Notes: generated from the letters alone by a model not told the origin. A DNA stretch of 63,316 bases, filler included, from Circinaria calcarea (GCA_051942165.1; 34 parts of 34 records of this genome joined end to end with filler, not necessarily neighbours in it), one strand, 5' to 3'. Counted from the first letter of the whole stretch, positions 48,017 through 60,376 are shown. Made by a program: numbers and translations.

Positions 48017-48508
48017 TCAGTTCCTCGGACCCAGCGTCTCATGTTCCTCCACCCAAAACTCGTCCTCACCCGCCCAATCACGAAAAAGGCCATCCCTCTC
48101 CTCCAATTCACCGAGGGTCTTGCGCAGACCAGACTCGATTTCGATTTTCTTGATCTGATCCCTCGGGCTAGAAGACGAAAGATCATCCGTTGTACGCACG
48201 AGCCATGCCCGACCGGCCGCCTTGTTCGCAAGATCAGGAACGGTGAATACGCCGAGAGTATAAGTCGAGGCTGGTCCTTCGTCGGGATCAACCTTCTGGT
48301 AGGCAATATAAGATTGCTCGGGCCGGAAGTGGGCGGTGATTGATGCGGGGAGTTTGCGAGGAGGACAGGGCTTTTTGGTGATGGAGATTTCTATGCGACC
48401 ATCTTTCACTTCGAGGTCATATCTGTCCATACCGCCGGCGTCTTTTCCTGTTCCACCGTACCACGGAGGACGGATTTCCAATCCCCTCTGTGCTGGAGTG
48501 AGAACTTT
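48017..48508 (-). CDS. C-terminal fragment of a hypothetical protein ending ...WVEE...GPRN*
   Basis: Frame open from the contig edge with globular composition (TLGVFTVPDLANKAAGRAW). Confidence 0.6.
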   Translation of the reverse strand, partial: KVLTPAQRGLEIRPPWYGGTGKDAGGMDRYDLEVKDGRIEISITKKPCPPRKLPASITAHFRPEQSYIAYQKVDPDEGPASTYTLGVFTVPDLANKAAGRAWLVRTTDDLSSSSPRDQIKKIEIESGLRKTLGELEERDGLFRDWAGEDEFWVEEHETLGPRN

Positions 48509-49501
48509 NNNNNNNNNNNNNNNNNNNNNNNNNNNNNNNNNNNNNNNNNNNNTTAATTAATTAANNNNNNNNNNNNNNNNNNNNNNNNNNNNNNNNNNNN
48601 NNNNNNNNCCATGCACTTGTGTCGATGCAGATACAAACAGCATTTCGATGCAAGGCTCATACGGTAAAGGAATAGAAGGGGAGGATTCACAAGCTCCACT
48701 CGACCCCTTCCTCCTGGCTCTCGGGGTGTTGACACTCATGGTGACCTTGTCCAGCGGGACTGGTCTAAGGATAGGAGATTTAGGTATGAGGTATAGGTTC
48801 CACACTCAGAGAAGAAAAGACACGAATCGGTATAAGACTCACGGCTCATCTTCGCTACTGCCTCCCAAGGCTAGCTAGCACCTGCCTCAAGGCAGATTCT
48901 TCTTTTCGATTTGATTCTCCTTCCAACACCCTAAAAGCCGCAAGACAAATGGGAAGGATAATTCCCCAGAATGCTAAAACTTGATGTGTTGCAAATATCT
49001 TCCAAGCTCTATAATCAGCAGCTGACCAAGTCCGAGTACGAGCTGTTTTCGGACAACTGATTGAGAAGAGACCTCATAGCTGGCGCATTCGATTTGGTGG
49101 GATATAGCAATCTTGAAGACCAGCCACACCAGAATCGGTCTCCGCCTCTGGTCAATTGCTGTATTACTGCCTGACCAGGCGTCTTGGTTGAGTGGGAGTA
49201 GGACGAGGCTGAGCCGCTAAGCTTCCTTCAGCCCAAAGGTCCCCCGCAAATCTGCCACGCGCAGGGACCAGGAGCCATGACCAGGGTATGCTCTTAGCGC
49301 GGGACCGGAGAAGCTTATCTGAACCCCTCCCTCAGCCCTCTCTTGAATGCTGTATGCGAATCAGGCGCAGCATATCATGCGACTAGACTGCGACTACTTG
49401 CTGTAGTCGCCTGCTCTTTACCACTGGTGCTCTTGCAAAATTCTCATCATCTCGCACCTTCCTACTTGCTCTGCCATCATCTAGCTGACATCTCCTCAGC
49501 C

Positions 49502-49852
49502 ATGGGCAATGAAGTTCTCATTTCCGTCATCTTCGCCGTCGTCGCCATCGCAGTGTGCGCGGCCTGGGTAGGAGGCTATCTCGACAAGTACCAAGCCAAG
49601 GCTCAAAATGCAGCATTGGATGCCATGGGCGAGAATCGGGCTTCCTACGGGCTGAAGAGTTTGAATCCTACTGTCCAGTTGCACGGCGGAGTTCGCTAAT
49701 TACTTCCATTAGGCACTCTGAAAGGGCAACAGCTCAGTGATGATAAAGATTTGAGCAATCTCCAGAACGATATAGCGGATACGGCTGGAGGGTTAGTCGG
49801 AAAAGGGGGTATTGGCGAAAGCGTTGGGTCTGGGTTAAGTCAGGGGTTATGA
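49502..49852 (+). CDS. Small single-TM hypothetical protein (two exons)
   Basis: MGNEVLISVIFAVVAIAVCAAWVGG...MGENRASYGLK|STLKGQQL...GGLVGKGGIGESVGSGLSQGL*. The intron reads GTTTGA...GCTAAT...TAG. Confidence 0.75.
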
Positions 49853-50170
49853 GATGCTGAGATACGAAATAGTGATGTTTGGAAAGAAATACCGGTTTCA
49901 ATCAAATAGCATATATCCATAACGTTTAAAGCTACTACAACGTGATACTACCTACAACGTCTTTGTTTGTCATTGAATATTGAATCGAGAATAGGAAATC
50001 GCCGTTGTCACATGCAAAAGCCTACTCCACCGCTTCAATCAGCCCTACGAAGAATCCCCCACTCCTCTGTTGCATCTGTGGACGCGGAGCCACCAATGAA
50101 AAACCTCACCACATAACCTCAAATTTCCAGCATTCTCCCATCCTACAGTACTGATCTGCGCAAAGCGACA

Positions 50171-50362
50171 ATGGCCGCTCCCAAAGAAAGAACCATCAAA
50201 GATCTCTCTGGAAAATGGGTCATGGTACGACTCTCCCCCCACAGGCTCCCCAAAGCGGGCCTCCTTCCTAGCTTCCCGCTTTCCCACCGCTAACACCCTC
50301 TCGTCCCAGAATAAAACCCTCTCCGATGACATTGATGGTATCCTCCAAATGGTGTCTCTCCC
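50171..50362 (+). CDS. Fungal lipocalin-like protein, N-terminal exons
   Basis: MAAPKERTIKDLSGKWVM|NKTLSDDIDGILQM| with a GxW motif and a canonical intron. Confidence 0.7.
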
Positions 50363-50593
50363 NNNNNNNNNNNNNNNNNNNNNNNNNNNNNNNNNNNNNN
50401 NNNNNNTTAATTAATTAANNNNNNNNNNNNNNNNNNNNNNNNNNNNNNNNNNNNNNNNNNNNCCTCCCAACTCCACTCCCATCCGATTGCCGATTGGCAC
50501 ACCTTGGTCGGAGGACCTGCCCCGTCTTCCCGGACCGACCGACCGACCCAACCGATATAGTCCAAGTCCAAGTCCAAGTCCAGCCCCCCTCTA

Positions 50594-50641
50594 AAACCAA
50601 CAAACAAACCAACAAACAAACCAACAAACAAACCAACAAAC
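50594..50641. repeat. Perfect 12-bp minisatellite (AAACCAACAAAC)x4
   Basis: Read directly; an (AGTCCA)n tract precedes it at about 50558-50582. Confidence 0.9.
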
Positions 50642-51273
50642 AAAAACTAAAAAAAATAAGAAAAAATTAGTTTCGCATAGCTTGGGCTTGGAGCAGAGAG
50701 ATTCCAAAAGGGGGTGGATGGTAGACAGTGGATGGTGGGACTCGAGACTGGGGGGGCCCCTGTATCTGTTCTGGTATACTAGATAGAGTGAACTGCCAGT
50801 CCAAGTCCAAATCCAAGTCCGCGAACTACCTGCCAACCCAAGGCTTTAGGTGTATATAGTATAGTTAAAGAGATAAAAAAAAACCCCCCCAATTCAAAGA
50901 TTTTTTTTCGGATTTTTTCTCCGTTGATTGCTTGGGGGGAGTGAGCTTGGGGAATTAAATCACAGTTGCTTTTGATGATGATGATGATTATATTTTGTAT
51001 ATCACGAGGCTTTTTTTAAATAGGATTATACGACTTGACATAAATTCAATTTGCACGGGAAAAATTTAAAATCCCCATTACTTTCTCTATGCCTAATTTC
51101 TATTAAATAGAGCGCCTGGACTTTCAGTCTAGTCCAGTTTACTACCTCTAGATTAGACCATCAGTCCAGTCCAGCTGCCCTGGACCAATCGGAGCTTACA
51201 GGAAGCTATTCGCCAGGCCATGGAGGGGGGTTTTTTTTTTGATAAACAGCCACCGCCAAAATTTCTCGGCCCC

Positions 51274-52215
51274 TCACCCAAAATACCCAGGCACATCACG
51301 CTCAATCTCTCGATCCGTCAGTCCGAACCGCCGATACATGGCCACGCCCCAGTCCAAAGTCTCGTAGTTTGCCCTCGGTCCATATCTCCCCAGACGGCCT
51401 TCTGGGACCGACGGCTCCTCGTCTTCCGGCATACCTTTTGCTTGCTCTTTCTCTCTCCTGCTCACAATAGGTTCGAGAATGATCCGAACAGTCTGCAATG
51501 ACGGAGATACCACTTTTTCCTGTCCGATTGGAGCAATCTGAACCTCAGCACTGGCGGGTACATCTTCTGAAATCTCTTCTTGCGGGACTGAAAGATGCGG
51601 ACTCGGGGACTGACACCATGTATCCCAAAGTTCTTTCCCGGCTCGTGCTCCGTAGCTATCCACGACACCTTCGAGGAAAACATTGAACGCATCAACAGGG
51701 ATATTTGTCGTTGCATGAGCTTGTCCTTCTGGGTGCACAAATGGTGCACCAACTGCAGCTATGCCTCCTGGGGCACTGGCCAGAATTCTACTGATCTGGT
51801 TCAGTAAACGAGTCTGCCAGTAATTTGGCGGCCGCGATGGATCAGGACGTTTGTTGTAAGCACCGCTGAGCATGTTGTGTAAAATATTTCGTGCTCTGAT
51901 GGTAGACTCTTCAACGGAGTCAGATTTACCTTGCGAGCCTTCGGTTCTGAGAAATGTTTGCGCAACCGTCATGACATCTAATGCAGATAGAGCCATTGCT
52001 CTCTCCGTCTTGATGTATTCAAGAAGATCTTCGGCTGCGTCCCATTTCCCAAGGACCATCTGGCAGTGAAGCAGCGCACGCACGGTCCCTTTTGGTAGTG
52101 ACGTCCTTAGCTGTTTAGTGACTTCATAAAGTAATTTACTGTCTGCTGTTGCTGTAGCAAACCGAAGAAGCGCTGGCTGCAGATGTGAAGAGGCATAGAG
52201 GTATGGTTGAATCAC
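51274..52215 (-). CDS. Helical-repeat (PPR-like) hypothetical protein, C-terminal part
   Basis: 313-codon frame open from the contig edge, with PPR-like segments (VRALLHCQMVLGKWDAAEDLL; DAFNVFLEGVV...GKELW; PSLQTVRIIL). Confidence 0.6.
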   Translation of the reverse strand: MIQPYLYASSHLQPALLRFATATADSKLLYEVTKQLRTSLPKGTVRALLHCQMVLGKWDAAEDLLEYIKTERAMALSALDVMTVAQTFLRTEGSQGKSDSVEESTIRARNILHNMLSGAYNKRPDPSRPPNYWQTRLLNQISRILASAPGGIAAVGAPFVHPEGQAHATTNIPVDAFNVFLEGVVDSYGARAGKELWDTWCQSPSPHLSVPQEEISEDVPASAEVQIAPIGQEKVVSPSLQTVRIILEPIVSRREKEQAKGMPEDEEPSVPEGRLGRYGPRANYETLDWGVAMYRRFGLTDREIERDVPGYFG

Positions 52216-52667
52216 NNNNNNNNNNNNNNNNNNNNNNNNNNNNNNNNNNNNNNNNNNNNTTAATTAATTAANNNNNNNNNNNNNNNNNNNNNNNNNNNNN
52301 NNNNNNNNNNNNNNNGAGGGGGGCCGGGTTAACCATGGAAGCTGGAGTACCCTCGTGCTTTGCTATATCCTCAGCATGGCAGTTTAATTCCAAAGTCCAA
52401 AAGTGGGTGAGGTGAAGGTTGGATGAATAGGGTTTGAAGGCAGCAAGAAGGGATAACGACTTGATTTGACCTGAATTTCCACTTTATATTTAAGTTGTAC
52501 AAGATAAAACGCTGAAACGCCGGTGCACAAGATACCGGACTGGATCCCATCAGACAGGCGTAAGAGAAATATTATATAAGGCAGACGCACTAGGCTCCGC
52601 CAACGCCATCGCTTATGACTCCTAGGAATAGGATGGAACAAAAACCAAGCAACCGTAATTTCTAAGA

Positions 52668-54068
52668 TTATTGACCGTCTGCCGACCCTTTGTTGACTTT
52701 CGTGTTCGTGTCGCCCACCCGGTCATCATCAGTCTTACTTTTGCGTCTCCTACTCTCGAGGTTAAAAAAATTGCCCAATGCATTACTCATACTCTGCGAT
52801 CTGCTTTTGCCGGGTGAGTCCTGGGTGTCAGGATCTTCTCCCGGGACGTGGGCTGACTTCAAGGGTGAAGTGCCTCGAGTTGCCTCTATGTTAGAATATC
52901 CACTCAGGAGCTTCTGAGACCTTGACTTCCGTAACATGGATGGTCTCCGTCGACGTTGAGAGGGTGACTGTACACCCCTACGCAGGCTGTCGGCGACCAC
53001 ACCGCTGAGAGACGAAGAGAGCGGCGAGATCAGAGGGCCTGGCATCATCCTAGATATCGAGTTTCTGGACATTGTAGCTGGTCTATTGGATTGCGAGGGG
53101 CCGGAAACTGATTGTGTGTGTGCACGTTCTGCACCGGGCCGCGAACCTTGGCCTTCTGTGGGTAGGACTGGTGATGATATTGTGCTTTGCAAGGGATGCC
53201 GCAGCTGCGGTTGTTCCAACCGCTCCTGAGTCGACAGCCACGGATTTCTACTTAGCGGAGAGTCTGGGTCATCAGCCGAAGGCGAAAACGGAAAGGAAGA
53301 AGCAGACAATGTAGGTGAATGAAACCGTTGAGGTGTTCGCGGAGTTTGAGGTTGTGCAAATGATTGTTGGCGGGACGCGCGCCGAGATTCTCCCGGACCA
53401 TCACCGTTGTCCACCATATCATTAACCAATGATTCTCGCCTGGCTTTACCATCTTGATTGTGTCTCTCTTCCACCTCGCCTTGATATAACTCCTCGTCCA
53501 CTAAGCCTATGGCGTTTTCTTCGTCTTCGACTTCCCCGTCATCGTCTGCGTCGTTTCCTCTTACTCGTCCACTAGTAATCAAGTATACCCCCGAAAAGGT
53601 CAACGCACAGCCACCAATGAATTTTCCGACCCTCTCAGCAGTGGCTGACTCGAAGTCTCGATAGAGAACGGAGCTCCCGATGATGACAGATATGGTAAAC
53701 AAGACGAATTGGGTAGGTATGACTTGGGTTGAATCGAAACGCTGAAGAGCTCGATTCAGATACCGTATCTGCAATATGGCTGTAACAACGAGAATGAAAA
53801 CGAGCAAGTACGTGATAGGAAATGTGAGGGCTCGCCATAGTGTACCAGAGAGAAGTGAAGCAACGCCTTTGGTAGAAAGGGCGGTATAGCCCCCTACGTG
53901 CAAAGTTAACATTTCGGTCTAGGTCATGGTTCAGAGTGACCTACCAAAAAGTCCAACAAGCCCAAGATCAATGAAGACAGTCCTTTCCCCGTACTTTCCG
54001 CTCATCCATGCTAATACACTCATCATCAGTGCAGTGATCCCAAGATAGAGCTCAAACTCCCAGCGAGT
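52668..54068 (-). CDS. NIPA-family (DUF803) Mg2+ transporter; 5'-truncated
   Basis: IDLGLVGLF|GGYTALSTKG, QIRYLNRALQRFDSTQVIPTQFVLFT and GSSVLYRDF, followed by a long disordered tail. Confidence 0.9.
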
Positions 54069-54168
54069 NNNNNNNNNNNNNNNNNNNNNNNNNNNNNNNN
54101 NNNNNNNNNNNNTTAATTAATTAANNNNNNNNNNNNNNNNNNNNNNNNNNNNNNNNNNNNNNNNNNNN

Positions 54169-55145
54169 CAGAAAGCGCTTAGCCACTCGAGTAAGCCGAC
54201 AGAGGTCGAAAGAGGCTCTACCGGAGCTGTCAAAGCAAAAGCAAGATGAAAGGCATACTCAGTTACCGGCTGTTCCATCAACACAGCATATGCATCCGAG
54301 TGGTGAGGCAATTCTCCTACTACCCAAAACGTTTTCTGATATATGTAGATGTCCATGTGGCGTCCTTCTTCTCCATACACCGACCCATTTCCGTAACAGC
54401 ATCCGTACCATCAACTTATTCGCTCGCTTCCTTTTCCTCAATCTTCACACCGAAAGTCGGAACCACGACTCGAGCCGCAGACGTCATCTACACCTTATCG
54501 TCTGCACTCTACAGAATCGAGAAAGCCGCAACGCAGGCAGAGAGCCAGCCTCCCACATCTTCTGCTCATGCGGACTCGACATCCCCCGAAGAGTCTGAAC
54601 TACGTGCCGCTATCACTCAAGCCTCGACGTCCAACGCCGAGCCCACAACTACCACTTACCTAGATGGCCAGCCAGGTCAAGGCATCCAGATCAATATCCA
54701 AGAACTCGCCAAAAACTTCCGGCCTTTTATGCCACCCCCAGCCCCAGTGCCTATGATGTTTTCGGAGGAGGTCGGCATCTCAGCTCAAAATGCCAACTCG
54801 TCACCACCATCTCGCTCCTCCACAATAATCAGGATCCTCCAGAATACCCCACCCAGCACTCGCCGATCCATTGCCGCACGTCTAGCCTCCATTCGGCGCG
54901 CCTCTCAACCGTTATCTTCTAGAAACACCACTATCGGCGAGCAGGCCCCACCCAGTCGACAGCCATTCCTGGAACGGATGCGCATCCGGCAGGAGAAATG
55001 GGATGACTCGAGAGAAGAGGCACGGAGGACGCGATGGCGGGCCATAAGTGTCAGGAGGCAGCGGAAGTTGAAGATGAAGAAGCACAAGTACAAGAAGCTG
55101 ATGCGGCGGACGAGGAATCTGCGGAGGAAGTTGGATCGGCTGTGA
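54169..55145 (+). CDS. COX24: Mitochondrial small ribosomal subunit protein mS38 / Cox24 (DUF1713); 5'-truncated
   Basis: SFFSIHRPIS and the C-terminal AISVRRQRKLKMKKHKYKKLMRRTRNLRRKLDRL*. Confidence 0.88.
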
Positions 55146-55681
55146 GATTTGTAAATATCTACTAGGGGCAGCGCGAAAGAAGACCGTGGCATATAGTCGG
55201 GGTCATACATTGCGCTTTTGAATTTTACATGAATGCGGCGTCGTGAGCTTTTGGCGTGGAATCTGCATATGCTCACCACTTTTATAAACGGCATGGCGGT
55301 TTGCCTCCGCAATGAGATTTTCCGTGTCAGCATCACGTTGACTGAACATGTCCTTTCTCTTTCCCTTTCCGTGCTCTGTGAACCAAGCAAAGAGAAGCCG
55401 TTTGAATCACCGGGGCAGAGAATACGGAATAGCGCAAGAACCTCCAATTGACATTTAATCGAAGGTCTATGGTAGTACGCGAATAATAAAGACATGGAAC
55501 GAAGACGATTGCCCTAAATACATGTCTCCCCCCAATTCCTCCGCATCCCTCTTTCCCCTTCCCATTCTTACAAGCCATAATCTCAATCTTTCTGTTATGT
55601 TAGCCGATAGAAGTTTCCCGACGAGTTTCTGGTTCCGACTACTGCTGTGCTCCCATGTTGCTGGTTTCGGGATGTCACTGC

Positions 55682-55908
55682 TTAGCTGCACTTGCCCTCT
55701 CCAGCATGTGAGTTCATTAACAAAGCAACAATGAGCCCATAGAGACCTAGATGAAATTTTCGTCAGCTTCGGGTTTCCATCGTGGACGATGAACAGAGAC
55801 TCACCCAGTACTTCGGCGAAAATGAGGATCAAGATCATGCCGACGAATAATCTGGGTTGCTGTGCAGTACCTCGGACGCCAGCATCGCCAACGATACCGA
55901 TCGCGAAG
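55682..55908 (-). CDS. VMA3: V-ATPase 16-kDa proteolipid subunit c, last two exons
   Basis: [47 protein letters not shown]...*. Confidence 0.95.
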
Positions 55909-56021
55909 CTTTAAGTAAAATNNNNNNNNNNNNNNNNNNNNNNNNNNNNNNNNNNNNNNNNNNNNTTAATTAATTAANNNNNNNNNNNNNNNNNNNNNNN
56001 NNNNNNNNNNNNNNNNNNNNN

Positions 56022-57504
56022 CCACTTTCCAAACCAGTCCTTCTTCACCAGAACCTCCCACGTAAGGCCTTTCCAGCCATCCGGACCGCATCCACCGTCA
56101 TAGCCCCAATCGTCCTTCAAGCTTTGGTCGAAGCTCATGAGCTCATGCATTAGATGACTCAACAGTTGAGGCTGCCTGAAAATCCGAGGCAAGAGATCGT
56201 CAATTTTACTTCGTAGCATCGGCAATAGGGACGTAATGAATGCCGAAGTAGAGTCAATGTAAGTTGGGTTTAGTGCAAGATTGGAACCTTTGAAGTGGCG
56301 ACGTAGTATAGGCTGTAGGTATACAGCGAAGAATTCGTCATATGTATTGAGGAGGTCGATTGCGTGAGATAAGAAATACTCGGGCTGGACATGTCAGCAT
56401 AATGTGTTTTAGAGTATGGCTAGAGTTGAAGCGTACCTTGTCAAGTCTATTCGTAGGGCGATCACCATAGAAGTGGAATCTAAATCTCAATTCGAGCGGC
56501 TTGACCATAACCTCAAGTGGAAGTAACACTAAAGAGTCTACTCCAGGAGTATTCCTGTCATCTTGCCTTTCCCGAGCGTTAAGTTCTCTGTGTGTGCAGA
56601 CATTAGTCACATTATTGCACGGACATGAATAAGAGGTAAATATGGCTTAGGGTGGATATTGCATTTACATACGGTTCTTGAAGCTCGAGTAATCGTTCCA
56701 CGCCTTCAGCCCATTCATGTTCGAGTTGTCCAGCAAGATTGACATCTTTGCCGGGCCACTTCATCTTGGCCAAGGTATTTTCAAAGTCCAAAGCGAATGC
56801 ATCCTTCATCTGCTTCCACAGCGTTGAGGCAGCCCTTTCAACATGATCCACAAGATGAGGCGCTGCATCTTCTGCAGCCGGTTGTGCTTGCTTTAGTGCA
56901 TTGGCAAGATTCTGTAAAGAGAGATATGGCTGTAAAGCAGCTTGCGGCGACGCCCGGAAATGCTGACGAGCTTCGACACTATACATGGCAAATTTAGAAT
57001 AATTGTCGTAATTCGGCTTCATTAATATTATACCTAAGCCGGTCGACTTCCTTGAGTAAGTCTACATAACCCTTGGCTACGTCCAATCGCCTGAGCTTCT
57101 CCATACTGCCATTAAACTTTCGGACGGCATCATCACTGGTCTCCGATTGAGTGACGACAAGTAGGCGTCGGTCAATATCTGCCTGCTTCTTTTTAAATGT
57201 CTCGGCCTGCTGGAGAAGATTGATAGAGTGCGCTTTCAAGGCTTCGCTGGCTTCATCAAGCGTAACTTCGGCATCGCGGAGCTAAGATGAGATCAGTAAA
57301 GGGGATTCTGGTTGAACGGAGATGATGTTTATTCACCTGTTCCCGTAGTAGATTTTGCTGCTGCTTGACGGTCTCCAGTAACGAATCCAGGTTCTCAAGA
57401 TCAGCATAGGTCTGTAGCTTATCATTGAGATAGTCCTCCACTCGAATATCTCGGTCTTCGTCTGAGGAGAGACGCGCCGATGGTTGAATAGTAAGTGATG
57501 CCAT
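56022..57504 (-). CDS. TIP20: RINT-1/Tip20 Dsl1-complex subunit; 3'-truncated, multi-exon
   Basis: RVEDYLNDKLQT, LLPLEVMVKPLELRFRFHFYGDRPTNRLDK|PEYF and LLSHLMHELMSFD. Confidence 0.9.
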
Positions 57505-58306
57505 ATCTTATTGCCTATCGAACTCTTCCCTCTGTCAATCAGTTCGAAAATCGACCCCCACAATCGATAATCCCAAAAATAGCCTGTCCGAAGATCTGCA
57601 GGAACGTGGAGGAGCTTGGGCCATCTCTTAATTGGGACGATGACGTTTTTAGGGCAACTCCAGCTTTGTTTGGACACGAAGTAGAGCTGCTCTGATCCTA
57701 TATCCTATAATTTTGTTATGCTGGGCGAAGCCGTAGCCTCACTCGGAGATGTCGACACCGGCTAAGCGCAGNNNNNNNNNNNNNNNNNNNNNNNNNNNNN
57801 NNNNNNNNNNNNNNNTTAATTAATTAANNNNNNNNNNNNNNNNNNNNNNNNNNNNNNNNNNNNNNNNNNNNGGGATGGGGGTTTTGGGGTGGTGGAAGGT
57901 GGTTACCCCAGATCTCTACGATGGGGGCGTTGTGGTTGGGCAAATTCAAGAGATTCAAAATTGACCACTCTCATATTCTAGCGTACGTTGGCCTGGATGC
58001 AACTATCGATAGCTAAACCTGTGTGCCTTGTAGAGAATCGTAGGCTTGGTGAAGCAGAAGTCATCAGTCCACGAGTAGGGAGCATACAGAATGGAATGCC
58101 TTCATATTTCTCTCCCTCTCCCTCTCGCCCCCTTAAAGAAGTTGATAAAGGCCTGAATAACATTGAGGATATTTTCGTATGGATTTCTTCGCGTCGATTA
58201 CTTTATCTACCGCTTGATATAGAACTCCAAAAAACCTGACTAAATGATATCGAAATAAATGCAGAGGGGATTGAGAAAAAGAAAATACAAAAATATAAAT
58301 ACAATG

Positions 58307-58410
58307 CGTCGCCTGCAGGATTCGAACCTACGCGCCCGAAGGCATTGCCTCACCTACTAACTGTGATGGGTAATAGCAGGGCAACGTGTTAACCACTCCA
58401 CCAAAGCGAC
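58307..58410 (-). tRNA. tRNA-Ser(GCU) with a 23-nt intron (58351-58373)
   Basis: Acceptor stem GTCGCTT/AGGCGAC plus discriminator G; D-loop AGTGGTTA; anticodon arm TTGCC-CT-GCT-A[intron]A-GGCAA; long variable arm; T arm GTAGG-TTCGAAT-CCTGC. Confidence 0.95.
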
Positions 58411-58599
58411 TTGGTGTTAATTGAGATATAAGTGAGCTATTTTGTTATATATTCAAATATTTTAGAATCTACGAAAGGCCGGCCATTGCTGGAACAAGGA
58501 TCTACTTGGGGAATTTTATATTTAACGAAGCATTCATTCTACGAGAATAAAATCATCGAGCTGGTTATCCACCGCTTTCGCCCAACTCTTTCTCCTTAC

Positions 58600-59620
58600 A
58601 TGTCCAATGTCTTCTTCGTTTTCAAGCATGTGCGGCAGCTTGCTCCGCTAAATTTCTCTTTGCGCCATTCCCTGCAGTACAGCAAACTTAATTCTATTAA
58701 CCTTGGAACCAATAGAATGGCAGGAGAGCAGTTGGAAAGACATGCGTCAATTGTGTCCTACGAAGGCAAGGCTTACAATGTTGTCAAAGAAGGTTTGGCC
58801 GAGATACTAAACCTACGAAACGTTGAAAAGTCTATAGAGGAGAAGGGCAATCGGAAAGTAGGATCTGAGATACAGGTGGATTCGGTGGAAGGAGAGGATA
58901 ACGGAGCGGTAGAAAACAGACAGCAAGAAAACCCCATAGAGGGAAAGGGGAGCAGAGAAACACAATCTATACCACAGGAGAAACCTGTGGAGCAGAAAAG
59001 TTACAATGAAAAGTCGGAATCCAAACCACAGACGGTCTTTTACAACCCCATTCAACAATTCAATCGAGATCTGAGCGTGCTTGTTATCAGGGCTTTCGGC
59101 GAGGATCTTGCTGTCATCCGTAAGGCTAGACATCAGAGAAGAGCGCAGGAATCAACAAAAAAGGAGAAAAGGCAAAACCAGGGCACAAAGCGGAAAAGGG
59201 ACGATACAGAAGATGCCGGAGATGCCGAACGAACGTTGGATCCAGGTGCTAGGACAGAAGTTCGTTCGAGCACATTGAATGGCGAAAAGGATGCCGGGAA
59301 TGGTATATCTTCTATGGAGAAGAGCAATGATGAGCGTCCTCATCAGGAAGATTCTTCAACCCAAACTATAGGGTCTGAGCCTGCAGTCTCCGAATCGCCT
59401 ATCCTGGTGTGCAATCTGGATCCGCAAAATTCTTTGGACTATACCGGAGTACCAAAGGGTCCACGCGGATGCCTACAAGACTCAGTACAAATGGGCGCCG
59501 CACCTCAAGCTCCCAAGTCACACGACCAAAAAGACGTACGACCTCAGACAGCCCCCTTTCGTATTCTTGACGCCCTTTCCGCTACTGGCCTACGTGCACT
59601 TAGATATGCAAAGGAAATAC
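58600..59620 (+). CDS. TRM1: tRNA (guanine26-N2,N2)-dimethyltransferase; 3'-truncated
   Basis: VKEGLAEIL, VFYNPIQQFNRDLSVL and ILDALSATGLRALRYAKEI. In-frame ATGs at 58600 and 58717. Confidence 0.93.
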
Positions 59621-59720
59621 NNNNNNNNNNNNNNNNNNNNNNNNNNNNNNNNNNNNNNNNNNNNTTAATTAATTAANNNNNNNNNNNNNNNNNNNNNNNN
59701 NNNNNNNNNNNNNNNNNNNN

Positions 59721-60376
59721 TCGAACCCCGTGGCCCCTTAGCGGAGGACCGATCCAACTGAACATGCAACACGATCGGGTAGCGGTGCAGGTCCTCCTTG
59801 GGCTGGGTGATGATGTCGGGGCAAATTTTAATATCACTTTAGTGCCGACCTTGGAGGAGGAGGGGTTTGGCGACTTTTGCATGGGGAGTGTGGTATGTCT
59901 AATAAGATAACCGCGTTTTATGTTATTGGGTGGGTGCTCATTAGGCTATGGTAGGTTGTACCTGCAAGCCTTGGGATTGAAGATGGACAAAAGGCTACAA
60001 TACAAGTTGTCACCAGTGGTGATCCTAATGGCGGATTGTACAACGTATGAACTCTTCCCTTATATTGGGTAAGAATATAGCTAATGTTGCCCTCCGGGGC
60101 ACCAAGTGCGCAGACATTACATTTACTAGTAGTCCGCCGACCTCATCGCAATGCAAGAATAGTACGGGCGTCATAGCGAGAGCATACACCGGCCGGTTCA
60201 AGAACGCCAACCAGACGGATCCCACAGGCGCCGCAAGCACCGGTAGCACGAGTGGCTCTCCAACATCAAGTGCAGGTGCAGCTTCCACCGCAGCTACAGC
60301 AGCTGGAGCGAAAGTCCCTGTGGCAGTTTTAGGGATGACGATAAGCGGCGTGCTGTGCTTTTTCGCTCTTCTATAG
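59721..60376 (+). CDS. GPI-anchored Bim1/X325-like (LPMO-like) copper-binding protein; 5'-truncated
   Basis: RTPWPLSGGPIQLNMQHD...GDFC..|..ATIQVVTSGDPNGGLYN|CADITF, then an S/T-rich linker and a hydrophobic GPI signal. Confidence 0.78.
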
